Shown here: positions 1 through 11,233 of the stretch, piece after piece
How positions within the stretch are numbered: the first letter of the stretch is position 1
Layout: every line of letters begins with the position of its first letter
Source of the DNA: Neodothiora populina
Lineage: Eukaryota
NCBI RefSeq assembly: GCF_041146345.1
Contig: NW_027191409.1
Span: 1,364,001-1,428,000, forward strand
Direction of reading: 5' to 3'
DNA: 64,000 nucleotides
Made by a program: the position numbers and the translations under genes
The notes under the pieces: model-generated
Seen by the model: only the letters and a program-made list of their open reading frames with translations
What the model was told of the DNA's origin: nothing
The model's database searches: none

Positions 1-970
1 AGTTCAGCAGACCATTCTATGCCTGTTGGACCACCGCCGACAACCGCAAAGTTCAACAGCTGCTTCTTCATGGTGTCGGACGTGGTGGGCAGCGCTGCTT
101 TTTCGAAGCCTAAGATGATCATCAGCTGCAGACTTCGTGAAACCGCGGCTTGGAAATTGCTTACATGATAGCAAACGGTTCCTGATCTTCCTAGCATCGC
201 CCACATCCTTTAAGAAGTATGCATGTTCTCTAACTCCAGGGGTATTGAAAGTTTGACTGTAGCAGCCCACCGCAATTACTAGCTTGTCGTACTGCATATC
301 AAAGATCTTTCCCTTCTTTTTCTCAACCGTTAGGTTTTCTCCTAAAGTATCGGTTTGAGCATGACGAGGACCCGCTAATGACATCCCTTGGTGAGGATTC
401 TGGACAGCCTCCTCGACCGTGAGAGTCTTCCTCGAGAAATCGACTCGATCGGCCCATCCTTGGAAGAAATCGACGTTGGTGCGCCGGGAGCGTACAGGTT
501 CAAGCGCGGTGCGAAACTCGAGCGTGCCAACCGACGTTGAAGCAAGCAGAGGTGTAAACACAAAATACGACCGTGGTGAAACGACGACGACTTGATATTT
601 CGACTTGTCTAAATCTCGAGCAAGTGTGTATCCAGCCCAGCCTGTTGTGATTGATTGCTGTTGTCAGATCATCGGTGTACTACTTCATGTGATGCGTGAA
701 GCACCTGATGTGATGTTTTAAGTGGATCCTCACCTGAGCCCAGGACAACAATGCGCTCACGATCTGGAATCCTTATATCAGTCTTCCCTTCCCCTCCAGC
801 GAGTGAACAGACAGCTTCAGCTTACTGTTCGTGCTATTATCTAGGTCCGTGGTCGACCCGCGTTCATGCAGTGTGTTCGATATGCTCCTGCATTGTGGAC
901 CGCAAACAACCCTCTCTGCTCTCAGAGCTTGAACAGCATTAGCCGCAACGCTACGCCTCGATGACAGCAT
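1..970 (-). CDS. Type II (alternative) mitochondrial NADH dehydrogenase, Nde/Ndi-like; 5' part only, runs off window start
   Basis: Spliced exons ~970-826, ~762-733, 641-165, 109-<1. Presequence-like N-terminus MLSSRRSVAA; IVVLGSGWAG, FTPLLAST, YDKLVIAVG, FLKDVGDARKIR and FAVVGGGPTGIE motifs. Confidence 0.9.
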
Positions 971-1949
971 TGTTCAATGCTCGTTGAGAGTAGAGAAGAC
1001 ACAAGAACACAAGAACCTCTAGCAGCCACGAGGAAGGGTTGAGTTTGACCATGATGGGCTTCCGTTAAGCTTATGCTTATGACTCTAGTTTTTTCTCCCA
1101 TTGTATGATTACCAACACTCCAATTCGCCGTAGACTATTTCGCTCAGGCTGATGTCAGACTGCAAATAACCCTGATGGATGGTGGAGCCGGACCCCTTCA
1201 CCGTCGCCGAGCGCAAGCTAAAGGACTCTCCGAGAGAAGAGCCGTGGTTTAACGCATGGAAAATGGTAAAATCCCACGAGAATGAACCAACCATCGCGAG
1301 AAATCGGAGGAGCAGAAGATGAGGCGCACGAGTCATCCGCTCACACTGCCATTGTCATTGGATGTAAGTGTCCTCCCTACCTTAATTTGTGTAGATCAGT
1401 CGCGAATCCGCGGTAAGGCTGTGAAGCGCATTCTAGTCTCAATCACGGATTTAAGCAGTATCTACGGTACCTTACTTTGACCACACAGCAGGTAGAGTCT
1501 ACCGTTTGATCACACTATTGTGCATTCGCAAGAACTCTGTCATTTCATGGTACTCGGAAATCCTTCGGAAGGCCTGAACGGGCATGATCGCCCGCAAGTC
1601 ATCAATTTAGACCAAAAGAGGAAGAAAGGAGTAGGTGGTGAGATCCATTGAAGAGGGTCGGACCGAACCGGATGTTTTAGGTACGTCCGACAACAATGGT
1701 CTATCGCAAATGAATTAAGATGGGCAGAGGTAGGTCAAAAGATATATTTATTATTATTGCTAGCTCACATTTCCTTTGCTAGAGCCAGTCTCTCTCGCAT
1801 GAGCAATGCTACATACCGATATACTGTCCATGCTCCCTCCCTGCTCATAGCTTCGCCATGAGTCGCTCCACTTTAGGAGAAGGCCTGTACCATTGTCAAC
1901 TTCGTGTCTCATTACGCAAGAGAAAAGAAGGCAGCGCGTTTGATTGGCT

Positions 1950-3443
1950 TTAACGATACTTGGAGGGTGCTTCGAGAAGTTTAGGAATATCTTCTGGTTT
2001 CTTGTTGCCTTCGAGAATGTCTGGAAATATGTTAGTGCCAGGACCCTTTTCGGTAGGCGATATTGGCGCAACTCACTGTAAACTGCGGTAAAGAGAGGGA
2101 ACTCGTCCTCTAGTCCCTGACTCTTCAAGAATCCATTGACTTCGTACGCTGTGCTGGTACCTTGCAACTTCTGGCCGTTGAGCTCTTGCTTTTCTACTTC
2201 GTTGATACTCATGCCCTTTTCAACACTCATCTTTGCACAACGAAAGTTACGTCCACCGCTGCAGCTAGTAATCATATCTGCAACACCACAGCTCTCTTCG
2301 GTGAAGGTGGCAGTCTTCACTGACTTCTCGAAGAACATTTTGCCAAATTTGACCTCCTCGAGGAGACCAACACGCATGACAGCCGCCTTAGCGTTGTCGC
2401 CCCAACCTAGACCATCGACGAAGCCAGCAGCCACAGCCACGATGTTCTTCAGAGCACCGCCGAGGGAGACGCCTGCGACATCGTCTACCATGCGTACGTG
2501 GAAGTAAGGTCTGTGGAAGATCTTCTTGACGTTCTCATGGCTGAGTGGTGGATACTCGGCGGGTAGCGCCATCATCTTGACCTTCTTGCTACTATCTTCA
2601 GCTCTGCCGCTCATCTCACCAAGATTGATCTGGGAGGTTTTCGGCGACCCCTGAGGACTTGGTTGACTGCTGTCCATGGATGGTGGATCATATGCGACAG
2701 TCGTCTCTGACCACTTCTCCAGCGCAACTTCGGTTGCGATGTTGGCGCCGGACAGTGCACCGCAGTAGATGCCGAGTTTGCGACCAATCCATTCCGAGAA
2801 AAGTTCGATGCCTTTGTCAGAGACCTCGATACCCTTGATGCACGAAATACCTCTAGCAAATGGCAGGATCTTGCCCTGAAGTTGATCGCAGGCCTTTTCG
2901 ATGAACTGATGAGGTAGATTGAAGATGAGGATGCTAGCCTCCTTGACAGTCTCCTCAAGAGAAGGGTTACCAACAATGTTGGAGGGAAGTGGAACCCCCG
3001 GAAGGTACTTCACGTTCTCATGGATGGAGTTGATGATGTGCGTGAGCTTCTGTGGCTTGGTGCAAAGAGCCGAGCCACGATCGAAATGCTCTGAGCTCTC
3101 AGGGATTTGTACTTCTTCCTCAAAGACCCACATCTGTACTGTCTCCTCGAACAGATCAGGATTAGCCTTGGTGTTCTCCGCTATCACTTTGGCTATGGTG
3201 GTTCCCCTAACAACATATTATAAGCAAAATCCCGCAAGACGAATCTCAGCAGCGGTCGCACCAATTACCAGAGCCGATGACAGCAACTCTGTGCTTCTTA
3301 GTCGGAGAGAGCGAAGCCATGGTTCTTAGTGTGTATGATGTGCTGTGCGGATGTGACGGTATACGTGTAACCCTAAAGGGGGTGAAGCTGCTCGGGACGT
3401 TTCTGATGTCACGGCTGGAGGACCTTATGAGACTCCGCAACAT
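1950..3443 (-). CDS. GPD1: NAD-dependent glycerol-3-phosphate dehydrogenase; conserved start at 3320, upstream in-frame ATG at 3443
   Basis: [11 protein letters not shown] (across intron 3207-3261), [31 protein letters not shown]; intron near 2023-2077; spliced C-terminus ...EAPSKYR* ends at 1950. Confidence 0.95.
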
Positions 3444-4234
3444 CCAGATATGAAGTCAAAGGGCCAAAGGGGTAGTTCGGAAGGTAGGTCGAAGGACTCG
3501 GGTTCAATCTCACAGTACTTTAGTTGAGCTGGTCATCAAATGTACCTCATGACGACGCGAATCTGTGGGAACGATAAACGGTCTTCCGCCGAAATCTTGC
3601 TCGGATGGGGGGCTTATCGATAGAAGCTGCCATGACAATCCTTGGCATTGGGACGTTGTGAACTTCCGCACACGAGCTCCACGTGAACAGTCCCCGGTAA
3701 ACGCGGGTATGGCGATCTTTGTGGACATCAGTACGCAGATCACTTATACCATTAGCAATTGGTGGATCAGAGACGGACCACCACATCCAATGAGAAGCAT
3801 CTATGGGTATATGCATCGGGAGGCGAATAAACCATTCAGCATGTGTATGTACAACATGTACCTTGCATTCACCACAAGCAGGATAAAGTAGTGGTGTGGG
3901 GCAGAGAGACAAAGAATACATGCAAGGTACATATAAATGTCCTCGTTGAGAAGGCTGAGAGCTACCGCGTAATCTCAGTTTTGGGACATATAGTAGGATG
4001 GACCCAGTGAAAGCTGCGTAGTGGTAATGATTAAGGGCAACTACACCCGTGAGAATTGTTTGTTATTATTATGATATCTGATACAACCAAAGAAGAACTC
4101 CGCGCTATTGGAGTGAAACCCGTGCTGTTCCGTGTCACCATCCCAAGCCGTATGAATCGTCAATTGTGCTGAAAGCCATGCCACCACAGTAAGCTGACAG
4201 TCGCAGGGATATGAAAAGAATTTGTTTGTCCCTT

Positions 4235-4950
4235 TTACAAGGCGAGGCCGAAGACTGCGAGCATACCAGCAGCGAGAACACCGGTGCCGTAGTTCATAGC
4301 GACGCCGATGGCGGCAGAGGAGGCAGCAGACGAAGAAGTTGCAGCGGCAGCCGACGAGGCAGCAGAGGCTGCGCCGCTGGTGGCTGATGCGGCTGCGGAG
4401 GTGGCCGAAGCGGCAGCACCACTGCTGCTGGAGGCTGCTGCAGAAGAGGTTGAGGATGCGGAGCTGCTGGAGGAAGAAGAGCTGCTGGCCGACGAGGCGT
4501 TCCTGTCACCGCAGGTGACGGAGTGGCATGCAGTGATACCGTCAAGATCGTTGGGGTGACCAGCGACACAGTCAGTGATCCATTGCTGACAGATGAAGAA
4601 AGGCAGAGTCTGCTGGAAGTCGGTGATGTTAGGGGTGGAGCCAGTGGCGCATGTGCAGTTGTAGGTAAGAGTGTTCTGGATGAGAGGTCAGAATGGGATC
4701 CACATGGTTGTATTCAATGCAAGGGTGGACTTACGGAATCACAGGTGTTGGCGCTGTACGTGCTGCAAATTTGGCGGCAAGACTCGGTCTCGGCGCGGCA
4801 CCAGGTTGCTCTCAGAGCAGGGTCAACAGTGTCGGGGTTGATGGCAATTGGGCCAGAGGTAGAGTAGCTGGTGGCGAAGGTCCATGGGCTCTGGGCAGAA
4901 ACCAGGCCAGTCATGGCCGTTGCAGCAAGAAGGATGGCGGAGCTGAACAT
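4235..4950 (-). CDS. Secreted, probably GPI-anchored protein with Cys-rich N-domain and Ser/Ala-rich stalk
   Basis: Signal peptide MFSSAILLAATAMTGLVSA; WC...C...C...C pattern; intron 4676-4734; Ser/Ala-rich tract; hydrophobic tail GVLAAGMLAVFGLAL*. Confidence 0.85.
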
Positions 4951-6534
4951 CGTGCGACGAGATCTACGCAGGTTTACGTGTCAGCGGGAAATGTCGATGG
5001 ACGTGCAGAGGGCGTTGGAGATCGACTGCGTGTTCTGCTGACGTTCTAGAACAACACGTACCTGATGATGATGGACAAGTGAGCAGGACTGGGAAATGCT
5101 ATACTGTAAATGTATCGCTGAGTCGGACACTGAGATGGATTCTTGATGGGATCTGGAGCTCAATGAGGTGGGAACAGAGCAGATAAATAACGCTCACCAG
5201 ATGGCAAGCAGCCTCTGCAACAAGATGCCGTGCGCCGGACAGCCGCGAGCCAGCCCAGCAACCAATTCTACGCTAGAGGCGACGAGATACGCCCAGACCA
5301 TTTGTTCAATCTGAGAAGGTCATTCTCCTGCGCTCGGTACGGGTTTCCTTGGCTGTGCCATATCAAATTCGCTCTATTTTCACGACCATGACAATATAAT
5401 CGAAACATTCAGCACGACACAAGACGACTTCCGGTGGCAATTGGCGATGGCTACTGCCCAAAGGGCCTGGCATTTAGTGTTCGATGCGTATCGCCGTTAA
5501 GCTCGACTGGTCTCGAGCAGTACCATGCAACCAATCATCGACTACACCACCCGGCCCGTGCAAGCTTGACATTAACGCTAGAACGGTATACGACCCTTGC
5601 TTGGTTTAAGAGCTTTGCCTTGAGCGACCGTCCGCATCTCAATCCAATTTCGTGCATATGATCTGGAAACAGTCTTCCCAGTGCACCGCTACAAGAGGTC
5701 GTTGCTCTCGCATATCTACTTACAACATCAGGTTTTGTGACTTCACCTCCGTTGCACATCACGCCCCAAAGTGTTTAGAATAAATGACCATGCAGAGAAC
5801 ATGCATAAATTGGGTACTGTACGGTGAATGATATCCGGAGAAACTTTGGTCTACCACACCTTGCAGCTATACCTTAGCTTGCTTGGGGGGAGGTTGGCTA
5901 GACAGCTCTTCGGCCTCTGTAACCTTCAGGCTTTGTTGCCCCATTTCCCGTGTCTGTTGGGTCATATGACCCATCAACTCTTGAAACGATGACTGTATCA
6001 TTTTACACCTTATTGAAAGCACTCGAGAGACAGACCGCACATATTTCGTACCTCCTGAATAAGGCTTTGTGCGAAGTCACTGGCGAACCGTCCTCCCTGC
6101 GGAACGGAAACAGTGCCGTACAGATGAATCAAGCTTTCGGAGATACTACCCGATCTCGGCCATCGTCGAGTCAGATGCCTGGTACGTCAAGCACAGAAGG
6201 CGCACCTTAAGGTGCATCGGTTGCCATATGGCGAGGTGCTTCAGTATAAGAAGTAGTCCAATTTGTAGATGGCAATCATGAAGTGTGTTCTCAAGGCCAC
6301 CGAATTAGAGCAACGATGCACGACATGGTCTTGTCGTGCTGTAGCTATGTAATCGTAGTAGCAGATCCAAAGCGACGAATCCGTTCCGACAAGCGAAATC
6401 CATTCGCAGCTAAAATGTGACTGACGTCCACTATGAATCACTGCTCGTTGACCTGATCTTGATCCAGTCCGATAAGCGCACTTACTCTCTCTCATTCTTT
6501 GCTTCTTTATCAAGTGCACATATAGATCACAGCT

Positions 6535-8744
6535 ATGGGACGTCTCACCACATTGGCGACCTGCCAACTCAATCAGTGGGCTCTTGACTTTGACGGCAAC
6601 CGGGATCGCATTCTTGAAGCCATTCGCAAGGCCAAAAACGCAGGAGCAAAGTTGATTCTCACTCCGGAACTCTGTGTTCCAGGATATGGCCTTCTTGATC
6701 ACTTCCTAGAGCTCGATGTGTATGATCACTCGTGGGAGGTTGTGGTCGAGATCCTGAGTCATCCGGACTGCCAGGATATCATCATCGATCTTGGTCTCCC
6801 TGTGCGCCACCGCGGCAATCCATTCAATTGCAGGGTTATTGCTCTCAACAAGAGGATAATAGCAATCAGGCCCAAGATTTGGCTGTGCAACGATGGTAAC
6901 TATCGTGAAATGCGCTACTTCACCGCCTGGGACCAGAGACGTGTCGAGACTCACGACCTTCCGCCCATCATTCAGCAGTTGAACGGTCAGCTTGAGTGCC
7001 CTATCGGTGACATAATCTTCGAGACGAAAGATGCCATCTTCACAACGGAGACATGTGAGGAGCTCTGGACACCCGATTCGCCTCATGCCAATTATTCTCT
7101 TATGGGGGTTGAAATTATCCTCAACTCCAGTGGTAGTCACCACGAACTGCGTAAACTTGACACACGTATCAATCTCATCAGAGAGGCTACTGCAAAATCC
7201 GGAGGTGTCTACATGTACTCGAATCAGCGCGGCTGTGACGGTGATCGCGTCTATTATGATGGCTGCTCCATGATCCTTACCAACGGTCAAATCGTTGCTC
7301 AAGGTTCTCAATTCTCCCTCCAAGACGTGGAGGTCCTCACGAGTACGATCGATCTTGACGACATCTGGTCGTCTAGATCTTCTCGCAGTAGAGCTGCACA
7401 GTCTATGAAAGCGCCACAATATGAGCGCCTCAAGATCGACTTCGCAATGACAACTGCCAGATCTGCCCACAGAGGCAGCTACAGGGCGGCCGAGTCGATT
7501 GCGGCTCGTTACCACAAGCCCGAAGAGGAGATCGCCCTTGGTCCAGCATGCTGGCTGTGGGATTACTTGAGGAGATCGAAGCAGGCCGGTTATCTTGTGC
7601 CTCTGAGTGGAGGTATCGATTCTTGCGCAACAGCTACCATCGTTTACTCCATGTGCCGCTTGGTCATTCAAGAGATCAAACTCGGAAACCAACAAGTCAT
7701 CGAAGACGCAACGCGTCTCTATGGTGGCAAAGATGTTACAAACATGACAGCACAAGACTTTTGCAACAAGATTTTCTGCACCGTGTACATGGGCATGAAG
7801 ACTCAGTCCAGTGTTGAGACCCGTCAGCGTGCAAAAGACCTTGCTGCAGCTATTGGAGCTCATCACATTGATATGAACATTGACGAGATGTTTGCTGCAA
7901 CCAAGTCAATCGTCGGTGCCGCTCTTGACATCGACCCAAAGTTCAGAGTCCATGGTGGCTCTCATGCTGAGAACATCGCGCTCCAGAACTTCCAAAGTAG
8001 ATCACGCATGGTGGTTGCCTACGGTCTCGCGCAATTGGTAAACTTCTCCCGTGGAAACCAAGGAAACTTCCTCGTTCTCGGATCCGCCAACGTCGATGAA
8101 GCACTTCGCGGATACTTGACCAAATACGATTGCAGTAGTGCTGACGTCAATCCAATTGGTGGAATCTCAAAGACAGATCTCAAGAAGTTCATAGCATGGG
8201 CAGAGCATGCCTTTGGATTACCTGTGCTTCATGAGTTCCTCGATGCGGTTCCGACTGCGGAGTTGGAGCCCATCACCAAGGACTACGTACAATCTGATGA
8301 AGCTGATATGGGTATGACATATGAGCAGCTCTCCGTCTATGGTTATCTTCGCAAGGTCCGAAAATTCGGCGTCTACTCCATGTGGCAAAAGCTCTGCGTG
8401 GACTGGCAAGATCAACATACGCCGCGAGAAGTATATAAGAAGGTCCGCGACTTCTTCTTCTATTATTCGATCAATCGTCACAAGATGACCACGATCACGC
8501 CGGCATATCATGCTGAGCAATATGCTCCTGATGACAATCGCTACGATCTTAGGTAAGTCTGTCGCCGGATGACCTCGGGCCATGAAGTATGGTAGGGATC
8601 CAAAGAAAATTGCTAATGTCGTGTCACAGACCTTTCCTATACCCAGGCTTCAGCTACGCCCACCGTAAGATTGAGAATGAGCTCAAAATCATGGAAGAAG
8701 GTGAAGCCGGTCCGGTTCTCGGAGCTGGTGCAATAAACGTTTGA
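6535..8744 (+). CDS. QNS1: Glutamine-dependent NAD+ synthetase
   Basis: LATCQLNQWALDFDGN nitrilase-like domain, ETCEELW, LSGGIDS, TKYDCSSAD, PDDNRYDLRPFLYP across intron ~8553-8629. Confidence 0.97.
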
Positions 8745-10412
8745 TGAAAACGGTGAAGGCAGGCACTAACGTGGAATACCACCCTATATAGAGGAACACG
8801 GCGAATATCCAGGTGAACTTGGACCACTTTCATTTCATGTCAAGGTCAGGTGAGAGGTGGTATCGTGCATAAGACTGTATGGCAGTCGTAGATCTAGTCA
8901 AGCTGTCCTGGTGCTGCTGACAGAAGACAAGTCCGATGTTGATCAACAAACAAATGTGAAGTATACAAAGCACTGATTAATGTAGGTACCTAGTCTATGG
9001 CTGGGTCTCGGCTGAGTATTCAGAATGATCCATGTAGTGAGCATGGGTCATGCGAACCATTCCAGCCTTCACTTTGACGTCCCGAACACGTTCCCAGTCG
9101 CCAAGCCTTCCTATCTTGAGCTGTTGATTTTTGTGTATAAGGTACCTACTTTTCCTATCTCATTCGCTGAACAGTAGATCTTGCATACTCCCATGAGAAT
9201 GCCAAATCTATGTTTTGTTATGATACGAGATCAGATACAACCAGCACAGCACTGCATTATTCATCGTCTGTCGCCCGTCAACAACACAATCTACGAACTC
9301 AGTATAGTTCTGTACCTTAATAAAAAGGTTGATGAATTTTTGTTGTGCTAAATGAGGGCTGATCCACGAAGCCGTCTATTGTACTCCACACGGCAAGTGT
9401 CAATCCAGGCACTAGCGGGGAAATCGGACCTCACGCCAGCAAAACCTTGTTTGCCTGGCCTTCCAAATTGTCGTCAGATGCATGCGGGAAGCTGCGTGTT
9501 CACAGAGCAGATTTGTAAGGTATGTATCTATATGCGGAGAGGAAGATGTAAGAGTGAAGAGGCTCCTGTTGTTGATGTAGGTTGATAGATAGGGAATGGC
9601 TACCTCGTCCCATGGTTTACGCGACAACATCCTCGGAGTGGGAAGAGTGGGGGCTCGCTAAGCAAAGGTATTCATCATGGCCGTTGGGCAAAGATTTGGT
9701 AGGGAATCATTGACATAACCTTGCTAAAAACGGCACTGGAGGCTCGAGACGATAACAAGTTTCTTTCATACAGTAATGCCGAATTATAGGCCAGGATAAT
9801 ATAGGACAGGGTGGACAGTCACGTATACCAGTCAGCTGCAGCAAGAGGTCAATAAGATACTGCGAGTGAGTATATGGTCAGCACGAGATGGAGCGATTAG
9901 AGACAGCACAGCATGAGTGCCAACTTCCCGAAGCGATCAGACTGTGGCACCTGTGTGTAACTCATGTACAGTAAACTTGACGGCATCGCACGAGAGCTGT
10001 GGTGGCAGTGCTCGAGGAGATCAAGAGTCGTTTGATGGTTTCCTGTTCCCTCACCCAATCATCAAAGCCGCAATCGGGACGTCAGATGCAATTTATATTG
10101 GCTGGCGATCGACAAAAGTTTACCGCAGTGTGCAATACCTACCTTATTGGGTCGATTGGCAGGGTTCCAGAGTGAAGGGCCATCGGCCAGAGCCATGACC
10201 AGGGCAGGCACTGCCAGAGCCAGCGAAGTGGATTTTCCGGACGTCTCAGACATGTGCGGCGGCGGCAGCATTGGGCCGAGCTTTCCAATCTGTGATGTTC
10301 AGTCCAGTCACAGCAGTGCTTGCTGTGGAGAAGGAGTCACCGGGAATACTTGTATTGATTGCTTGTGCCACAGTGTACTTGGTGTACTTTTGAATTATGT
10401 CTTCGAAAGCGG

Positions 10413-10441
10413 AAGGTCAAGGTCAAGGTCAAGGTCAAGGT
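10413..10441. repeat. (AAGGTC)4+ hexanucleotide microsatellite
   Basis: aaggtcaaggtcaaggtcaaggtcaaggt read directly. Confidence 0.9.
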
Positions 10442-11233
10442 GGATGTCTGTGTGTTTGTCAGATGCAAGGCCAGAAGTGTGGTGTAGTAGTATAGTGAGG
10501 TGGTATACAGTACACTTCCTGCTGTCCAAGTACAGATAGTTGCTGTACTTCCACTAGTCCCTACCTAGTCAGGACGAGGCGTAACGGTCGTGCAGTAAGC
10601 CATCGATATCTACCTTACTTTGTACTGTACCTTCTGTAGTCTCTCAGAACGGGAACTGCCCTGCACTGCACGGCACTGCATAGCATTGCACACATTTACA
10701 TACTGCAACTGCACAGGCGGGCGCTGCACACTCTCTTCCAACTCCATTCTGTCATCGGTGTTTTTCCAGCTCTTCTCCTATCGACATCGACAACAACTTT
10801 CACCACCATAGATCGCACTGCCTCCGTCCAACGCCAGTCTCGCTGACTCGCACCGTCGCTGCCTCTCCGCCTTGCCCGTCATACTGTCTCCACCCGCCCT
10901 ACGGTACTCATCAACTATACCTACGACTCGCGTATCTCGAATAGACACCCATCGCCATCGCCGGGCACATCAAACGCGTGATCCGCGACGCCCCCGACAC
11001 GATTGCCTCGACGGTACAGCCATCCGACACGGCCAGCAAAAGGCTACGACACAACCACGACCGCTACGACCACCATCTCTACCGCAGCCACCACACCATC
11101 GCCATCACCCGCCGTGTCTGAGCCGGGCTTGGGCTGCAGTTGCAATGGTCACTTGAAACACCTTACGAGTCCACAAGAACAGACAAAAGGATAATTTGCA
11201 TGGGTTGACCGGGCTCGGCCTGTCGTCATCAAC

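Noticed and set aside
1760..1949. Extended GPD1 C-terminus in the ORF track and possible cryptic PTS1
   Set aside because: Artefact of reading through the last intron; spliced protein ends SKYR with no SKL-like signal or TGA-CTA readthrough context
3470..3515. GGTTCAATC B-box-like motif
   Set aside because: No cloverleaf or acceptor stem, so not a tRNA
6706..7866. 386-aa antisense ORF within QNS1
   Set aside because: Shadow ORF expected from codon bias; no recognisable motifs
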